A DNA stretch of 25,846 bases from a bacterium (lineage in GTDB: Bacteria > SZUA-182 > DTGQ01 > JAFGSM01): contig JBLIRP010000057.1 in the NCBI GenBank assembly GCA_049472355.1, positions 1 through 25,846 of the forward strand. Direction: 5' to 3'. The position numbers were made by a program, and so were the translations under genes. This document shows positions 24,152 through 25,846 of the stretch, piece by piece (position 1 is the first letter of the stretch; each line of letters begins with the position of its first letter). The notes under the pieces were generated by a model. That model was not told the DNA's origin and did not search any database. It saw nothing but the letters and a program-made list of their open reading frames with translations.

Positions 24152-25846
24152 ATGTTAAGACCTGCAAAAATGGCACGCATAGATCTTCAGATCCCTGAGG
24201 ATGATATTGCAAAGATAACCCTCGGTATTGCCAATCTCAATATCATACATCTGATGAATGTTCGCAAGACCCCTCTTGGTGAGCTCAATATCGAAGCAAG
24301 CCAGGAGAACGTATTGACGTGCAAATACAAAAAATTAAAACGAAGGATTGACACCCTCTGTCAGGCCCTCCAGATCGAATTGGATAAGATCCCCTGGTGT
24401 CCCTATATCAATGATATCAATCCCCACGGAGACATCATCACGATAGAGAACGAGGTAACGAACATCGAAGAAGCGATTATGCCTGTGATCAGGGAGGCGA
24501 ATGCCTTCAAGGAACAACGGCAGGAAAAGGTAAAACTGCTGCAGCATACGGAAATCATCCAGACCTCGGGACTTGATTTCTCACAATTCCATGAATGCCG
24601 ATTTCTCTACATCACGGCAGGGTTGATGCCCATTGAGAATCTGGAACGGCTGGAATTGAGCCTGTCAAATATCTATCACATCATTATTCCTTCCACCAAG
24701 CTGGGCAAGAGGCGTCTTGCCTTCATTATGGGCGCCGCCAAGGACCAGGAAAAAATCGAAAAGGCGCTGCGGAGTGCCTACTTCGAAAAACTTGAACTCT
24801 ACCTTACCAGGTCGTCGGCTGACAGGCCGAGTCTCCAGGATTTGAGGGACCAGATCGGTGCCATCGACTCACATTGCTCCGAGGCGGAAAACCGGCTCAA
24901 CAAGATAAAGATGGGGATCAAAAAGCACCTTCTCCGGCTCAATCAACGAATACTGCTCTCCCTCAACATCCTCGAGACAGCAAAATCCTTCGATAAGGTG
25001 GGAAGCAGCTACCATATCTCCGGGTGGATACCCCAGGACATCGTACCCGCCCTGGAAAGGGAGGTGAAAAAGGCAAGCACCCACCAGGCAAAAATCAGTG
25101 TGATGATCCCCAACGGATCGGCAAAGGGACCCAAGGGATACCTGAAGATCCCCACCTGCCTCAAGAACCCGTTTTTCCTCCAGCCATTTGAGAAAATAAT
25201 CTTCGGCTACGGAATTCCCAACTATAACGAGGTCGAGCCCACCATATTCTTTGCCCTGAGCTTCCTCATCATGTTCGGCGTCATGTTCGGCGACGTGGGC
25301 CATGGGTTGACCCTCTTTGTCCTCGGACTGTTCGGGTACAAAAGGACCAGGAAGGAATTCATCAGACAGATGGGGCTCATCATTATGGAATGCGGGATCA
25401 TGTCCACGATCTTCGGCCTGTTGTACGGCTCATTCTTCGGGTTTGAGCATGTCCTGCCGGCCCTGTGGTTCAGTCCGATGAGCAATATCTACTATTTTAT
25501 GAAGCTTACCGTCGGTTTCGGGATCGGTATCATCAGCCTCGGCCTTATCCTGAATATCATCAACTCAATAAAGAATGGTGAGTTCCTCAAGGGAATATTC
25601 GGTGAGATGGGCATGATGGGGCTCGTTTTCTACTGGGGGTGCGTGGGCTTGATCATCATATACATGGTCAACGGCAAATTGATCTTTACCTCCAGCTATG
25701 CCCTGTGGCTCCTTCTGTTTCCCCTGGTGATGATCTTCTTCAAGGAACCGCTCTATAATCTTTACGGCAAAGTGGTCCTCAAGAAGGACATTCCGATCTT
25801 TCCCTCCAACCTGGGGCTCTATTTCATGGAGGGAATCATCGAGATC
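24152..25846 (+). CDS. V/A-type ATP synthase subunit I (a), 3'-truncated by the window
   Basis: Not in the ORF track because there is no stop in the window. Read manually: MLRPAKMARIDLQ..., ISGWIP, PTCLKNP..PFE..YGIPNYNEVEPT..FGVMFGDVGHG. RBS AGGAG. Confidence 0.93.
   Translation, partial: MLRPAKMARIDLQIPEDDIAKITLGIANLNIIHLMNVRKTPLGELNIEASQENVLTCKYKKLKRRIDTLCQALQIELDKIPWCPYINDINPHGDIITIENEVTNIEEAIMPVIREANAFKEQRQEKVKLLQHTEIIQTSGLDFSQFHECRFLYITAGLMPIENLERLELSLSNIYHIIIPSTKLGKRRLAFIMGAAKDQEKIEKALRSAYFEKLELYLTRSSADRPSLQDLRDQIGAIDSHCSEAENRLNKIKMGIKKHLLRLNQRILLSLNILETAKSFDKVGSSYHISGWIPQDIVPALEREVKKASTHQAKISVMIPNGSAKGPKGYLKIPTCLKNPFFLQPFEKIIFGYGIPNYNEVEPTIFFALSFLIMFGVMFGDVGHGLTLFVLGLFGYKRTRKEFIRQMGLIIMECGIMSTIFGLLYGSFFGFEHVLPALWFSPMSNIYYFMKLTVGFGIGIISLGLILNIINSIKNGEFLKGIFGEMGMMGLVFYWGCVGLIIIYMVNGKLIFTSSYALWLLLFPLVMIFFKEPLYNLYGKVVLKKDIPIFPSNLGLYFMEGIIEI

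Overview
A 25.8 kb chromosomal segment from an anaerobic, cytochrome-c-rich Gram-negative-type bacterium. The gene content resembles Deltaproteobacteria or Nitrospinota, but the lineage cannot be fixed from this window. Housekeeping genes: rnr (5'-truncated), rarA, a nitroreductase, a FabG-like SDR, a cluster of miaB, DUF151 nuclease, VanZ, EndoIII-like glycosylase and HAD hydrolase, tRNA-Val(CAC), exported msrAB, znuACB, and the first three genes of a V/A-type ATPase operon (G/H, C, I). Subunit I runs off the window and is missing from the ORF track. Accessory genes: a tetraheme class III cytochrome c with a His-to-Met substitution, an octaheme cytochrome c, a multidomain C10 cysteine protease, a PASTA protein and several small exported proteins. 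The most striking pattern is four exported proteins in which the signal peptide is followed by an almost uncharged, Pro/aromatic/Ser/Thr-rich low-complexity segment. This segment either stands alone (a 167-aa mature chain using only 11 amino-acid types) or is fused to cargo (octaheme, PASTA). Sigma-54-type -24/-12 motifs precede both cytochromes, the V-ATPase operon and possibly the protease. No transposase, integrase or CRISPR array was seen.
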